From NCBI RefSeq assembly GCF_964355755.1, contig NC_092678.1, forward strand, positions 15,030,371 to 15,094,370: a stretch of 64,000 nucleotides of DNA, read 5' to 3'. Each line of letters opens with the position of its first letter. Position 1 is the first letter of the stretch. The DNA comes from Antedon mediterranea (Eukaryota; Animalia; Echinodermata). Shown piece after piece: positions 26,301-41,300 of the stretch. Below the pieces are notes generated by a model, which was given only the letters and a program-made list of their open reading frames with translations, was not told where the DNA came from and did no database searches. Position numbers and translations under genes: made by a program.

Positions 26301-29300
26301 CCACGTTGTTTTTAAAGTGTAGGACGGAAACACCCCGCTTCATGAATACTTGCGTTCAAATAAACCTACCTTAGAAATAGTAGACTATCTTAGGAAACAA
26401 GGTGCTTCAATAACAGCACAAAATAAGGTACAGTAATATAGGGTTACAGATAAGTTATTATGATTACACCTTTAACGTACGTATGATCTGCAACGGAACA
26501 ATATCTTATCCACTTATTTTATATCATTACGATTGATTGAAGTTATTTAGAATTACTTGTTGCAATAATTATTTAGTAGAAAGTAAACAAGATCCTACCG
26601 TTATTGTAAGATTGGTATATCGACTATGTTTTATGTGGACATGTCATTATAAAAGAGCTGAAATTAGAATCATGACAGAAAGCAATGTTCACGTTAACCT
26701 GTATGCATAACCTACACGATTATGATTTCCTTTATTATTCTGTAAAATTACAATATAAGAGACAATTGATATAATTCGGTCTACGTTCACAGGATATGCA
26801 TAAGAAAAACGTTTTATTTAATTTTCTTTGTAGGTATTGTTTATCATTATCTAACTATAATTATTTGCTGCAATACACTGTTTGTATAAACTTCATGATT
26901 ATAATTTCTTGAAAGGACGGAAACACCCCGCTGCATGAATACATGCGTTCAAATGAACCTATCTTAGAAGTAGTAGACTATCTCACGAAGCAAGGTGCAT
27001 CCGTAACAGCACTAAATAAGGTAATAATGGGCTAGAGATCATTTCAAAATAAGGGAATGCATAGACAATTGATATACTTCGGTCTACGTTCACAACATAT
27101 GCACCAGCAAACATTTTATTTCAATTTTTGTGTGTATTATTATCATTACCTAACTATAATTATTTCCTTCAATACACTGTTTGTATAAACTTCATGATTA
27201 TAATTTCTCTATAGGACGGAAACACCCCGCTGCATGAATACATGCGTTCAAATGAACCTACCTTAGAAGTAGTAGACTATCTCACGAAGCAAGGGGCATC
27301 CGTAACAGCACTAAATAAGGTAATTATATGGCTACAGATAAGTTATATGATTACACCCAACGTCGGCGAAATTATGTTTATTTATCTATTTTTGATCTCA
27401 TTTAAAAATGTAATGTTTTTGTGTGATGTCACTTACAAGAATGGAATCAAAATAATCAATAAGGATACGAATGAATTATGACTGGAAGAACACGCCGCAG
27501 AATGTTCAAACGTTTCTATTCCAGTACGAATACCACTTTCAATTACAACCTAACTATCTCATATTGCATCTTGCATAACACTCAACATCTCCTTACCACA
27601 ATACTAATTTTCGAATAGATTCCAATATATTCATGGTATGTGCAACTGTTATTTTTTACTTTTAATAATAAACGTTGTCATAATATTTTGTTTTCTCTAT
27701 AGGACGGAAACACCCCGCTGCATGAATACATGCGTTCAAATAAACCTACTTTGGAAGTAGTAAACTATCTCAGGAAACAAGGTGCTTCAATAACAGCACA
27801 AAATAAGGTGATATAAGTCTAGAAATAATTTATATGATTACACCTATAACGTACGTATGGTCTGCGCCGCAAATATATTTTATCCACTTTATTTCATATC
27901 ATAATTATTACAACTAGATGGTACGCTCGCTTCGCTCGCGTACCATCTAGGTCGTGCCCACAGATGGTTCTCGAATACATAATAATTTCAGCGTTAAAAA
28001 ACTGGCGATTTCAAATGTACGTACCGCAGGACAATAATACATGTCGTTTACAGGAACGAATAAATAGACACTGTGATTTATGTACTGAACTAAAATTAGC
28101 ACCCTGGGAATTACTTCCGAAAGAGAAACTTGTCACAAAATGAGACCAATTGTTTAAGTCAAATTTAAACAAACTTAATTTGTGTTTTGTATGTAACATT
28201 AGGGTTGAGGGATGGGAAAGAGGATGGGTGCAAAGAGGAACAATTTTTAAATATATTCTTTATCCATGTAGTAACGAAATATTAATTGTTTTCATGTTTT
28301 ACAAATAATATAACACTAAACACCGTAAAACATTGCGATGTAATACTTTGTTGAAACTATCACCGTCCTAGTCGATTGAAATAGTATAGTACATGTAACG
28401 ATACATCACTACGACGTGTATAATATGTTTATATAATGTAAAACAATTTGTGAAAACCACCCCTATTCGTGGCAAATCATAAATTCGAGTAATAAATATT
28501 AAATTATCTAACTCAACTTAATGATAGGCCTAATGGGTTTCAATTGTTTCTTAGAGCCAATTCATACTTAAGTTGGTTCCTAACCCTACCCACCAAAGTT
28601 GTTTTGCGTTTAGGGCATGTGATGCACCGTAGGCCTATCTTCTACTGGCTTTACAACGCTACTCATGCCAGTGAGGGAAGGGTGATGCTGTCATGTGGGT
28701 GGTTTAACTGCAATAATAAAGATTTGTACATAATATACGGCGACTTAAAACGCTAGCTCATTATCCGTTAACAAATATCTATATCCAACCTCTGCAGCAC
28801 AGATTGAAAAAAAAATGGATCGAATTTCTGTTATGAGTATACAGTACTTGCCTTTACGACGCCTGAGGGAATAGACACTTGTGGAACAGAGATTGGAATG
28901 TTCCATTCATTTCAAATCAATACATTTGCATAAACGTATATTAAATCTATCAAAATATTATTTTTTTAAGAAAATCGGCCTGTCTTCAACATTATGATAC
29001 TGTACTCGAGCTGTTCAACCGGTTTTCAGCTATTAAAAACAATTATCGTAGGAGGAGATAGGAAAATGCGAAGCCTCCTCGCATTTTTGTGGCGGGTATT
29101 TTTCAAGATGGACATCCATTAGACAGTGTATACCACGATCGGAAAACACCCCTATTTGGGGCAAATTGTTTAACCTAAATTCGTTTTAATCGTCAATAAC
29201 TAATTATCTAACTTAATTTAATTAGTAAACAGGGTTACATCAGGCGGTTAAAATTAGTACCGAAAGTACGAACCAACTTTATATACCATCAAGTAAAAAT

Positions 29301-32300
29301 TCTAAAAGTAAGGCGCGATTTACCGAATTTTGCCCTTACGTAAATTTATATATAGATTGATTGAGTTATTTAGAATGACTTGCTGCAATAATTATTGAGT
29401 AGTAATTAAACAAGATCCTACAATTATTGTGAGATTGGTATATTGAGCAATGAAATTATTAATGGTTTAAATAGTTTTATGTGGACATGTCATTATAGAT
29501 TTGTTGAATTTAGAATAATGACAAAAAACAATGTTCACATTAACCTAAACTACACAATTATGATTTATTTTTTCTTTTCTTGGATTTTTCTTTACCTTTC
29601 ATTAACATTTCAAAATTAAGGAATGCACAGAAAATTTATATAATTCAGTCTTCGTCCACAACATAGGCACCAGCAAAACCTTTTATTTCAATATATTTGT
29701 GTATTATTTATCATAATCTAACTATAACTATTTGCTACAATAACCTGTTTGTATAAACTCCATGATCATAATTTCTTTATAGGACTGAAACACCCCACAG
29801 CATGAACAGTCATTTGAATTATAGTTGTTTTGTTTTTTCAAAAACACATAATCCAAATTATAGCAAATTGACTACGTCGCCCATGTGCCATGCATGTACA
29901 CTATATACTAGTACAAAAATGCCTTTCATTAAATGTTACTTTAAACTTAATTGGAAATACTGTTAAAAACAAAATAAATTTGTTAACATTAATTTTAAAT
30001 ACAATAACTTTATTGGGTGAATTAGTTCCCTTTGAAGAGACGTAGTTTATTATTGCCTGAGTTATAACCAGATTGAGGAAGCAGTTATTTTGTATGGAAT
30101 GGATTTTTTACTATTTAAATTAAATAGTATATAGTGTATGGTAATGATAGTTAATTATTATCGGGCTTATCATATCTTTTTTACTTTTTTTAAGTCAAAA
30201 AAGGCGTACAATTAGTTTGGTAAATTATGTGTATTTATCTGTTTTTACCCCATTTAAAAATGTAATGTTTTGGTGTGATGTAACTTACAACAATGGCATC
30301 AAAATATTTAATAATGATACGAATGAATTATGACAGGAAGAACACGCCGCGGAATTTTCAAACGTTTCTATTCCAGTACGAATACTACTTATAACTAGAA
30401 AGTCACTCCAAAAGTGCATACATCCGCCTACTGTAAAATTCTCCTCCTCGTCGTCGTCAAAGCAAACTCTTGATCAGAGCGTGGCTTCTCTAACAGCATT
30501 CTGAAACCGTCTCCTGTCCTCTGTCATCCTACTTGCTTGCTCCATAGAGCCAAACACATCTGTTATATTATTTTCCCATTTGCATCTTGGTCCTCCTCTT
30601 CTTCTCTTCCCTGGAATTTAAGCCTCCAACACTCTCTTCTCCATTCCATCTTGCCGCTTAATGTTGCCAAAATTCTCCTACATAAGATTTCTCCGGGAAA
30701 AAAAATATATTTTTATATTTGTGTGTGTCTTAATGCTGTTTGTGATTTAGGCTAATTTCACTAAAAACATGTGTATGCGCGTTTAGTGTAATGGTTATGT
30801 AACACGCGTTTCAATTAACAATAGCTTCAGTTGACTAACAATAGAACAGCAACGCGAAAATCAAACGAGTGAATTTGAAAACAAATTGGTTTCTTAAACT
30901 ACTGGCATCAACAGGTGTACATTAAATCAAATTATGTTTTAAAATTACAAATCACAAAAAAAACCATTGCGTCTTGTACAAAAATGAAGTTTGTACAATT
31001 TCAGTTTACTTGTTACTTTATTTATATTAAAATTTTGTACTTTCTTTTAACACTAGAAGGTCTGAAAAGTATATTAAAATGTGGTCCAGAATTACGACCA
31101 TGGTCCCAAATGGTTCCAATATAATGGAATGGTCCTTGACCACATATATATCTGTACATTTATTTTGGTAAAGATCTTGTTACTTTTTACTTTTTGAGTA
31201 GTCCTGTTAACAAACAAACGCGATCGATTACATATACCTCCTTGGCGGAGGTAAATTACAACCTAACTATCTCATACTATTGCATCTTGCAAAAAACTCA
31301 ACTTCTCCTTAACACAATACAGTACTAATTTTTGAATAATTTCCAATAATATGGTACTGATGTTTTTTACGTTTAATAATCCTTTTATAATACACTGGCC
31401 TCAAATGTTTATAATTCTATCTTATTTAGAAACAAATGTAAGTAAACTTACCAATTCGATCATTATCAAACAATTTGAAAACATTCGAAAGCACATACAT
31501 TTGTCTTGGCTATACTAAAAGTAGCTTCCCAGATGACTACATCATCATGGGAATCACTCCAGAATCATCAACTTTAACCAGAATTGCGAAAATAACACAT
31601 CTGACGTGTATGATGCATAGAGTGGGCTGAAATTGTTTAGTACGCGAATGACCTACATATTTAATTTACTTTTATGTTTATAGGAAGGAAAAACAGCAGT
31701 ATCTATTTTAGAAGAAAATACGCAAATAGAACAAACGAAACAAATGATGATTTTAGAGTATTTTGACAGTAAGTTAAAAATATTATATTAAATTATTAGA
31801 ACTCGTCACTTTGACGAGTTCGAGTTATCCGTGGACACGCCACATCCACATACGTTAAACAATATAAACGTCGACAAATATTATGCCATCCTATGACATG
31901 AATTATGTTATATGTTTAGAGTGTTGAATGGTACCTATATCATTAAGGTATTATAACACTATTTACAAAATACACTGTATATGTTATATACAGTGTAGCA
32001 TATATGAAAGTTTTAACATGATTGCGTCATCAAACAACATGAAATACGTAGATAGCAATTTTTGAAGGAAATTATCATAGCAAAAGCATAACAACGTGTT
32101 GAAGAAAGTTGGATACGTAGAATATTGAAGCGCACTCTTTTAAATGTCACGAACTATGACGCAAAATATGAAAATACGACTTTTATAATTCAACCATATG
32201 ACCATATGGCCATATGATGACGTCACACTATCCGATGGACATAATTTGTACATGAATTCGTATCTACAATTCAACTGCTTCCAGAAAAACTTTTGATCAT

Positions 32301-35300
32301 GAGGAGTTATAACATATTGCAATTTATTGGAATGTTGAAAATAAATGACCAAAGTTATTCCCGCTTTTGCACATGCTGACGTCATCCCAATTTTTAAAAT
32401 GGTAAAAGATGCGAAAGATAATTGATTGACCTACATAATATACAATTATGGGGGGAAATGGAATACGGATAAGTGGAGATGCGCTCTTTTAAATGTGATG
32501 AGCTATGGCAAAAGTGGGTTGCCCCCACAAAAGAGAGAAAAAAAAGCTATGACGAAAGAGACAAACATTCTATATTTTATATTCGAGTGGCCATACGATG
32601 ACGTCACAATGTCATGTTAGCCATATTGATACATTATTCGATATCTAAAACTTATCAACTTCCAGAATATGTAATTTGTTTAGAATCTAGGGCTGTTTAA
32701 AAAAAAGCATAATTTTGACACATTTTTTAACTTTTTCATCAAAAACGCGCGCAAATTGTCCAATTCGACGTGCTCGTATGACGTGATTTTAAGTCGAATT
32801 TTTTTTTAAGTTGGTAAAATTACTAGAAAAGGCTGGAAAAACATAAATCACACGAAAAAAGATGTTTTTAGGGAACACATTTGGACGCACGTGGAAATTT
32901 TAGACATGCCTAAAATTACATGAAACGCGTAGAAATATGATTAGAAATTGATTTTTTGCATTTCAAATTTGTAAACGCGTGTACGCTCGTAACTTTTTGT
33001 GGAAAATGCCATTTTTAACTAAGTAAACTAAATTAAAGTTGATTAAACTTTAAAGCGAAATGTTCTCGATATTAGCAATACACATTTGAATTTTAAAAAC
33101 AAATGTAATTCATACATTACATTTTACATATAACCATGAATGCGAAAATCGAAATAATACCTGTATGTTATGCGTATTTTTAATTATTTAAAATCAGAAC
33201 TGCTAGTTCCTCCAGAAATATTTGCCATGGGTAAAGAGGCTATTAAGATATATAAAGATGAATTGAAAGATGGTAAAATTGCAGTTGTGAATTCAAGATG
33301 TATGTTTCTTGGGAAGGAAGGCGCTGGTAAGACAAGCTGCGTAAAGTCCATGCTTAGAGAGAGGTAAAAAAAAATACAATTGGTACAAATATGTGTTAAC
33401 ATAAGCTAATATTATTAGGCCTAATCAATTATTTCAACGTAAATGCATACGGGTAATATGTTGACTATTGGTTGCCTCTCTTGGATTTGTATAATCTAAA
33501 TCTTTTTAAAATTGATTTGTATCAGCTAGTTTGATAATTTCACTTTGTTAAACTTAAATGCTGGATGTAATGGATTAAAAATATTTAAGGAATTTTGTTT
33601 CAACTTCAACGTACATGTTTACAATAGATTCAACCCCAAAGAACCATCGACAGATGGTATAGTTACAGCTACCGTGTTTAAAGCAACTGGAGAGAGTAAA
33701 TGGAAGAATATTAAAGTTGAAAACGGTAAAGATAATTTGATTACCAAAACTGTAAATGTTTGTGTTACTTTCTTTATAATCTATATCTATATTACTTTAA
33801 CATTGATAAACTCTGTATCAGGAATAGACACCGCGTTGTGTGAAGGCTTAAATGACTGACATCACATAGTAATAGGCATGATATATGTTAAAATTAACTC
33901 CGTCTTTCTGATAAACTTTAAACAACATCTTTGCATACAATCTTCATTTTTTACCAATTAGTTTATTTGTACAGATTCTGAGCTAACCAAGAAAATGCGT
34001 GAAAATGCATTAGCAAAAAAAGTTGACAAAGAGTTAAAACAGGGTATGTACAGCAACAATAATGGAAGCTTGTTAACATTTGAATGTATTCACCTTTCAT
34101 TTATCAATTATGATAAACGAAACTGTAGATTAATGATTGGATATTAAGGAATAAAACCTAGACGATAGTATAAAAATGGTGAACTTTAACAGTTTTATTT
34201 AGGATTACCAAAAGGTAAAAAAAACCACATGATTAATATCAATTTAAAATCATGACATTAAAAAAACGTGACATTAAAATTAAAAAACAAGACATAAAAA
34301 AAAAATAGAAATGAAAAGTACTGGCAATAGTAAATCATAGGATAGTATTTAAAAAAAACTTGACATAATATAAAGAGGGTAAAATAGATTCACACTGATG
34401 GGTAATGTTTCTCGAAACATGTATGTAGGTGTCTACAACCAAATATGATACCTCCTCCCCCCCCCCCAAACAAAAATGTCTATCTAATTAACATTTAATG
34501 AAAAGAAGCATTCCTGAAAAACTGGACAGCGATCAAATTCTTTTTGTTTACATGTGTTTTTGTTTATCCTGCAGTAGATAGCAATGAAAACCGGAGCCTC
34601 TGGAACAAATTCGAAGATTTTATAAGAAGTAAAATAGGAAGTGATGATTCAGAGAATATTCCAAATGAAATAACTAGCATATGGGACTACGCTGGTCAAT
34701 TGGACTACTACATAACGCATAGGGTGTGCTTATCAATATGTTAATTATTAATATAAGTAGTATTATTAAAGTATGTAAATAGGATGTACATTGCATTTGA
34801 CATTATCCCTAAAATTAATAGGCAGGCGTAATATCGATATTACCGTTACCGTAATTGTATATTCCATACAAACGTATTAAATTGAAAAATTATTTGCGGT
34901 GATGGCTATCTATATTAACATTTTCTGCGGTAACGTAAACATCCCCTTATAGTTTCAGTATGAATAATTCTTCATTATTATATTATATCGTGTGCCAACA
35001 CAAGCTTAATGACAAACACATGTACATTTTATGACATCTTTTTAACTATTTAACAATGCTGTTATAATATTGCGTTACGTAAATCTTGCTGTCCGTATCT
35101 TTCACAACGTACTTGCGTTTTTTGCACTGCAATAAAACGAATATAGCTAGCATTATCTTTTTAACATTACATAAGATAACATTTACCAATCAACCATTTA
35201 TATATTTATCATTAATACATTTGAGGTATATTCTAATTATTATTTTGGCAATTGGAGCATTTTTCATTTAATTGTTGTAAACATAATCGGACCGTCCATA

Positions 35301-38300
35301 GGTGCCAAATAGTTCATAGACCACCATGCACATACCATAAAAAAGATTCTGTTTTAGTAAACATTTCAAATTAAAAGTGAATTTGAAACAACCTACATGT
35401 GTATAGCGTTAGTATTATTACCCACAAGTTGTCCTCCATACAGGTAGAGAATGCTCCAGCCGCCAAAATGATGTTCCAAAAAGTGTTATATACATCAATT
35501 ACAATGTGTTTTGTTTTCAGTTTTTCCTCACAAATACAGCATCGTACTGCATTGCGTTTAGTGCTTTGGATAAATTAGACGAACTAGCTAAAGGACGAGA
35601 TCCAGCATTGGTAAGTTCACCAAGTACTGTACGTAATATTATGCTCATTTTATCAAAATCTAATATTAGAATATTGTTTATAATTGACGTTGACTATATA
35701 AAATAATACAGTATAATTTTATCCTTTTAAAATCTATATTACATTTCATTTTAGGGTCCGTTAGGAATGACTAATTTGGACATAATTCTGTTCTGGGTAA
35801 GGTCAGTATATGAACATACTGTGGTACAACATGCTTCAGGAAACACCATTTCAATTGATGGCAAAGTGATAAAGTCGCCTCCCATCAGTTTGGTTGCTAC
35901 TCATATAGACAAATTGCCAGGGACAAAATCAGAAAAGCTGAAAGAGGTAATAGCCACAATAAATTAATGAAATATAAAGATTTATGAATATATATTGATT
36001 ACTTCGGTCTATTAGTTTATAACAGTGTTTTACTGAAGTATTAGTATGTAAAAACATAATTAATATAATATGAAGAGCAATGGTCATAACGTTGAGTATT
36101 ACAAGATACACAGATAAGATGTAAAATAGAATAAATATTACACTATTATCAAAAATAATATTCCTGGTTTTTTTTTTTTGGGAGAATTACAAATGTTGTA
36201 TACATTTATGAGTTCTTAGAAATCATCAATATAACTGTTATGCGTTTGGATAACGGTTTCCCAAGAAAATGGAAATAATCAGCACACATCTATCACATAG
36301 TGGGTGAGTGGCCGAGCGGTTAAGACAGTGGAACCGTAATCACGTAGCCATAACATCGGCAGAGGTTCGAGGCTTACTCACTCCATGGTTCTGGTGGTAG
36401 AACGAGTCTTCTCGGATAAGGACTATAAACGTAGGTCCAGTGTACACAACTTGCTCGTGTGCACTTTAAAGAACCTAGTACATCTTTCGAGACGAGTAGG
36501 GGGTTACCCCGGTGTATTAGTACATCACAGCCACTGATCACCAACTGGGCCCTCTGGGAGACCAGTCTTTGACTGAAGAGGTAACCCAGTATAAATATAT
36601 ATTTCAATCAATCATCAATAGAAATAATAATATCAGAAGAGTGTAATTAAGTTTTGATCAGTGCCGGAATTAGTGCTTCAACAATCAACAACGTGTATAA
36701 TGATAAAGATAAGATAATTATATGTGTTTAAATGAATGTTTTGTGTTGCATGCTATGCACCAAAATGTCAACAGTTTTTTGACACTAAGATACGTCTGAA
36801 ACAATAATACACATACATCAAATATACATTGCAATCAACATCACATCCGAGAAAAATAGCCCTATAGAATATAAACTATGTAAGAGGGTGTAGGCGGGAG
36901 GGTAGATTGAATGTCTTTCTTACAAAATGTGGATGTCTGAACCTCGTGGCGACCAAATTGAAGAGGTTAAAATTACGCCCTCTCTAGTTTCAAAATAGAA
37001 TTGTGTTCGACTGACACTATTCTTATTTTTATTTGCCGAATTTGCTCTTATGCATCAAAGTGTTCTTAGACTCATCAACTTTATACATTTCAAGTTAAGC
37101 CAACAATGTTTTCTTTAGCTTGATTAGTGTGTGTCCGAAAATATTTCTTTCTCACAAAGTGTTTCAATTCAATCGTAGTAATGAACCAGTAGATGCTTAT
37201 TCAAAATGAATCGTGCACGATACCCCGTAACCGTATTATACTGTATTCGCACACCACAACCAAACGGTTGCATTAAGATAAATTTAGAGTTTATTTTAAT
37301 ATTGATACGACCGTGGTTGTAGGCATAGTGTGTATCAACATAGGACATACCACGTAATATCAGTTATCTAGCTTCGTATCATCTGGACAGCTATGCATAT
37401 ATTGTACATGTACAAACGATTTCCTAATTAAAAATAGTACTCCACTGAAACAACATTAAACATTGAATCTTATAAATTTGATAGACTTTAGCAATAGGCA
37501 TAGTTGGCAACATTAAACACACATTGCAATATATTAAATTAAAATTATTAATTTTTTATAAACGTAAACTGTAACAATATTAATACATGTACTGTCATTT
37601 TTTGAAGGTTCAGAATATGTATAAGACCATTTTTGCTAAAATGGAAAGAATGGAATATGCCGAGCATGTAGATCGTGAAATGTACATGGTCAACAACACG
37701 GTGAAATCACACGAAGGTATTGAGAAACTTAAGAGGAACGTTGTTAGATACATGAATGTAATAGGGGCGAAGGTCATTCCTCTAAAGTGGCTTGATTTTC
37801 AGGAAAGATTGCAAGAAATTGGAAAAACAAGACTATGCATTTCATTTAATGAGGTAAATTTTGATTGTGCTTTCGTAACAGCAGTACCCGTGTCGTGTTC
37901 ATACAATTGTCACGTGTATGTGTGCAAAGTATTTAATAGTAGTTAGGTACGCCTAATCTGAGCTTTACAAAAAAAAGCGATAATAATATCCAAAGATACT
38001 GGAATTGAGTGTCGGTTCTTTTAATCTTCCATTTCCCTCTTGTTGGTGAGTTCATTGTTATGCAAATCACGTGTTCGCGAGTGCTCGAGATAATCCGACT
38101 CAGAGACTGCGTCGCGATATCAAGTTTGTTAGATGGTAGTGTGTGGTAGTGGCTTACTAATACCTTCAGTATTTGAGAGATTCGCATTCCTCTAAAAGAA
38201 ACTGTAGAAAAAACAATGTAGTTTTAGTATGATATTTTTTGTGTGTTCTGATTTACAATTTATTTAAAAAAAGGGATTTTTAACAAGTGATTGTTTACTT

Positions 38301-41300
38301 ATGTTATAGGCTTCCAAATACACTCCTTAAATTGTATCACATTTGAAAACAAAATCTCTACCGCATTAATGATATTGTATCACATATCAAATTAATAGCT
38401 AAATATGTAGGTTTGTGTCTGCATGTATTAATTTTTAATTCAATTCTTTTAATTTGAAAAAAATACACTACGTATTCATTTTATTCAATATTATTATTAT
38501 ATATTTATGCCCAATTTCGTTTCGCTTAAGCTCATTGCCGATGTTGGTCACCGCGTCACCGAGCGTCATTATAACATACAATAATTATATTAACGTAAAA
38601 CATTTACGGCACCATAATAACACAATAAACTATTCATTGTTTTTGCGAAAAAAAGATTAAAATAATATACAAATAATATATCATACACTTACAATGCTGT
38701 TACCATTAAACAGATTATATGTGACAACCGAATATCCACGAATCATCATCATACATCCAAATACAGAAATTGATACAATATGAGCCGTATAAAAAAATAT
38801 AAACTAATTAACTAACTAATGCTTAAATCAATATAATCTAATGATTATGTTAAAATAAGCCTTGTGGGTTATTATTATTATTATTATAATATCACTAATT
38901 GTCTAACTTAATTTAATTAGTAAACAAGGTTACATCAGGTGGTTAAAATCAGTACCGAAAGTACGAACCAACTTTATATACCATCGAGTAAAAATTCTAA
39001 AAGTAAGGCGTGATTTACCGAATAATTTTGCCCTTACGTAAATGTATATATAGATAATGAATACAATTGTAGTTTGTTATCACAATGTTTATATTTACTT
39101 ATTCGTCAATATAATAGTAAAAAATCGTTTTATTAAAATGTACATTTGTATTAGGCTTCTCGAATTTGCACTGAATGTGGAATTGCCGAAGAAGCGATCA
39201 TCGTTGCCATAAGGTATATGAATGACATTGGAAAGATTATGTATTCCAATAAAGACGAGAAATTAAAGAAGACAGTAATAACTAATCTCCACACGATGAT
39301 ACAGATGTTGACAATTGTAATCACAGTATTTCCACCACATATTGAAGATGTAAGTAGACAAATCATAATAATTATCATAGTATTAGAATGAGAAAAAAAA
39401 TACATAAAATGTAATTTCTATTTTGCTGACAACTGGAGTCTTCAATTGTGAAGCAATTTGTAGTAATTATTGTGTATACTTACTTACTTATTTGTAAATA
39501 GAAGAAAATGAAGACGCTATGGAAAAGACTTGACGAAGAAGGTATTCTTGAGGAAAAGTTACTACGTTATTTGTGGACAACTCAAACCCAAGATCACTTC
39601 GAAATCTTCATTGAAGTGATGAGGGTGTTTCGGTTGCTCTATGAGAAGAAGAGTGTAAGTATTATGTGCATCAATTGATAATTATAAGATATTATTCTCT
39701 CTCATCAATATTGTGTAATCACCAATGTTTATAATAACAGGTACAAGAAGGTAACCGTGAATTCTTGGTTCCATGTCAGATGAAAGTTTATACAAATACT
39801 AGTCTAGAAGTGACAAAAGATGACATGCAGATGGTATCCATTTACCTGACTCCGAAAGACTTTCTTCCTGAGGCTGTGTACCACACTTTAGTTGTTGCAT
39901 TTCTTGAATTGATGACGGGTACAGATAGTGATGATTCACAAGTGTTCCGGAATCGTAGTGATTTTGAATTTAAAGATCACAAAGTCAGTTTAGGTGCCGT
40001 ACAAATTAAGCGTGAAAATGAAAAACCACACGCAATTAAGGTAGGACAATAAAAGTTAAATATCTCACTATTTTTGTAGCATATACATAAATACTAGATC
40101 AATAGAATATATGGTCTATTTATTACTTATGGTATCGTATATGATTGCATAACGCATCTTGCACTACGCACCTATACCTACCAACTTAACATATCTATTA
40201 TAGTAATGTTTACAATAACACAAATCAACCAACAAAATTATCAAATGATGTTTACACATCTTTAATAAAAAAAAAGAAAAGATTGATCAACAAACATTTA
40301 CTTTTTTTTATTACTTAATAGCTTCAAATATATCGTAGGAAAGAACAGAGTTATGACACAGAAGTTGGTGGCGCCAAACCAAAGAAACGACAACTGCAAC
40401 CGAGTGTTTGTATGAAGGTAATTATTATTATGCGTGACATAAACACTTCCAAACAAAATGTAGTGTAAATTAAATGATTTAATTTTTAATTATTTAATTA
40501 AATATTTTACACCCCTTCCATGTGTTCAGGTACTAAGTTACTTGAAGGATCAACTACAAACCGTATGCAACATATACGAAGGTAGTGGTTACAAACTACG
40601 TGTGGTATGCGATGCTTGTAATCCAAAGGAACATCACTTAGTTGACCTTGAAAAGTGTTTGAAGAATGATGTAGTTCCATGTGGAACCGATACGTCTATG
40701 AATACAGCTCATATCAAGCGATATTTTTCTAAAGGTAAGTTTTTTCTGTTTATGTTCCTTGTCAATTTAATTACTTCATCTTAATTAAATCTCCATCCTT
40801 TTCATCATCTTTATTCGTCATTACCAATGATATATATCAACAAATAACGTTTGGAACTTAAGAGTCTTAGCAAAAGAGTCTATAGCTATATTGCTATTGA
40901 TTACAACTTCTTCACTTGGGTCCGTGAGAGCTAATCTGTCACTAAACATTTGTAAGCAGTTAGATAATTGAAATAATAATACTAAATTTATTGAAATCCA
41001 ATATACAATACAAAATTACAATTAATTACTATACAATAATTATTCACACATTTTAAATTAATATTGGTAAATTGTCTTAACTAACTCTTAACTATGTAAT
41101 AAAACTAAGCAAAATTCAGCGATTTCTACAAAACAAATGTTGAGTGGACTGTTAGGAATGAACCTCTTATATTTTTAAGAAAATAAAAGACACATTGCTT
41201 CTAATTTTCTTATTTTTGGGTAAAATCACTGATTAACAATAAATCGAGAGATGAAAAAATCCTCTGCCATCCAATCTGGCTCTTGAAAATAGAGTCTGCT

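Larger units (their letters stand above)
17202..26319 (-). mobile_element. CACTA/EnSpm-like DNA transposon (9.1 kb including nested insertions)
   Basis: TIRs CACTGTAAAAAC / GTTTTTAAAGTG, TA duplication (17200-01, 26320-21), subterminal acacgt/acatgt-ttag motif arrays at both ends; flanks rejoin as tttctttatag|GACGGA. Confidence 0.85.

Noticed and set aside
26323-27807. Regularly spaced near-identical 105-bp repeats as a CRISPR-like or satellite array
   Set aside because: They are GT-AG-bounded coding exons that translate to ankyrin repeats
28011-28756. Short ORFs inside the Helitron copies
   Set aside because: Not conserved in frame between the three copies; no Rep/helicase motifs
31796-33030. 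Possible further Helentron-like insertion starting with hairpin GAACTCGTCA..TGACGAGTTC
   Set aside because: No second copy or empty site in the window, and the far end could not be defined
36299-36385. tRNA genes (also ~1860, ~16760-16830, ~54570)
   Set aside because: A/B boxes are present but there is no clean cloverleaf, and each continues into a SINE body and tail
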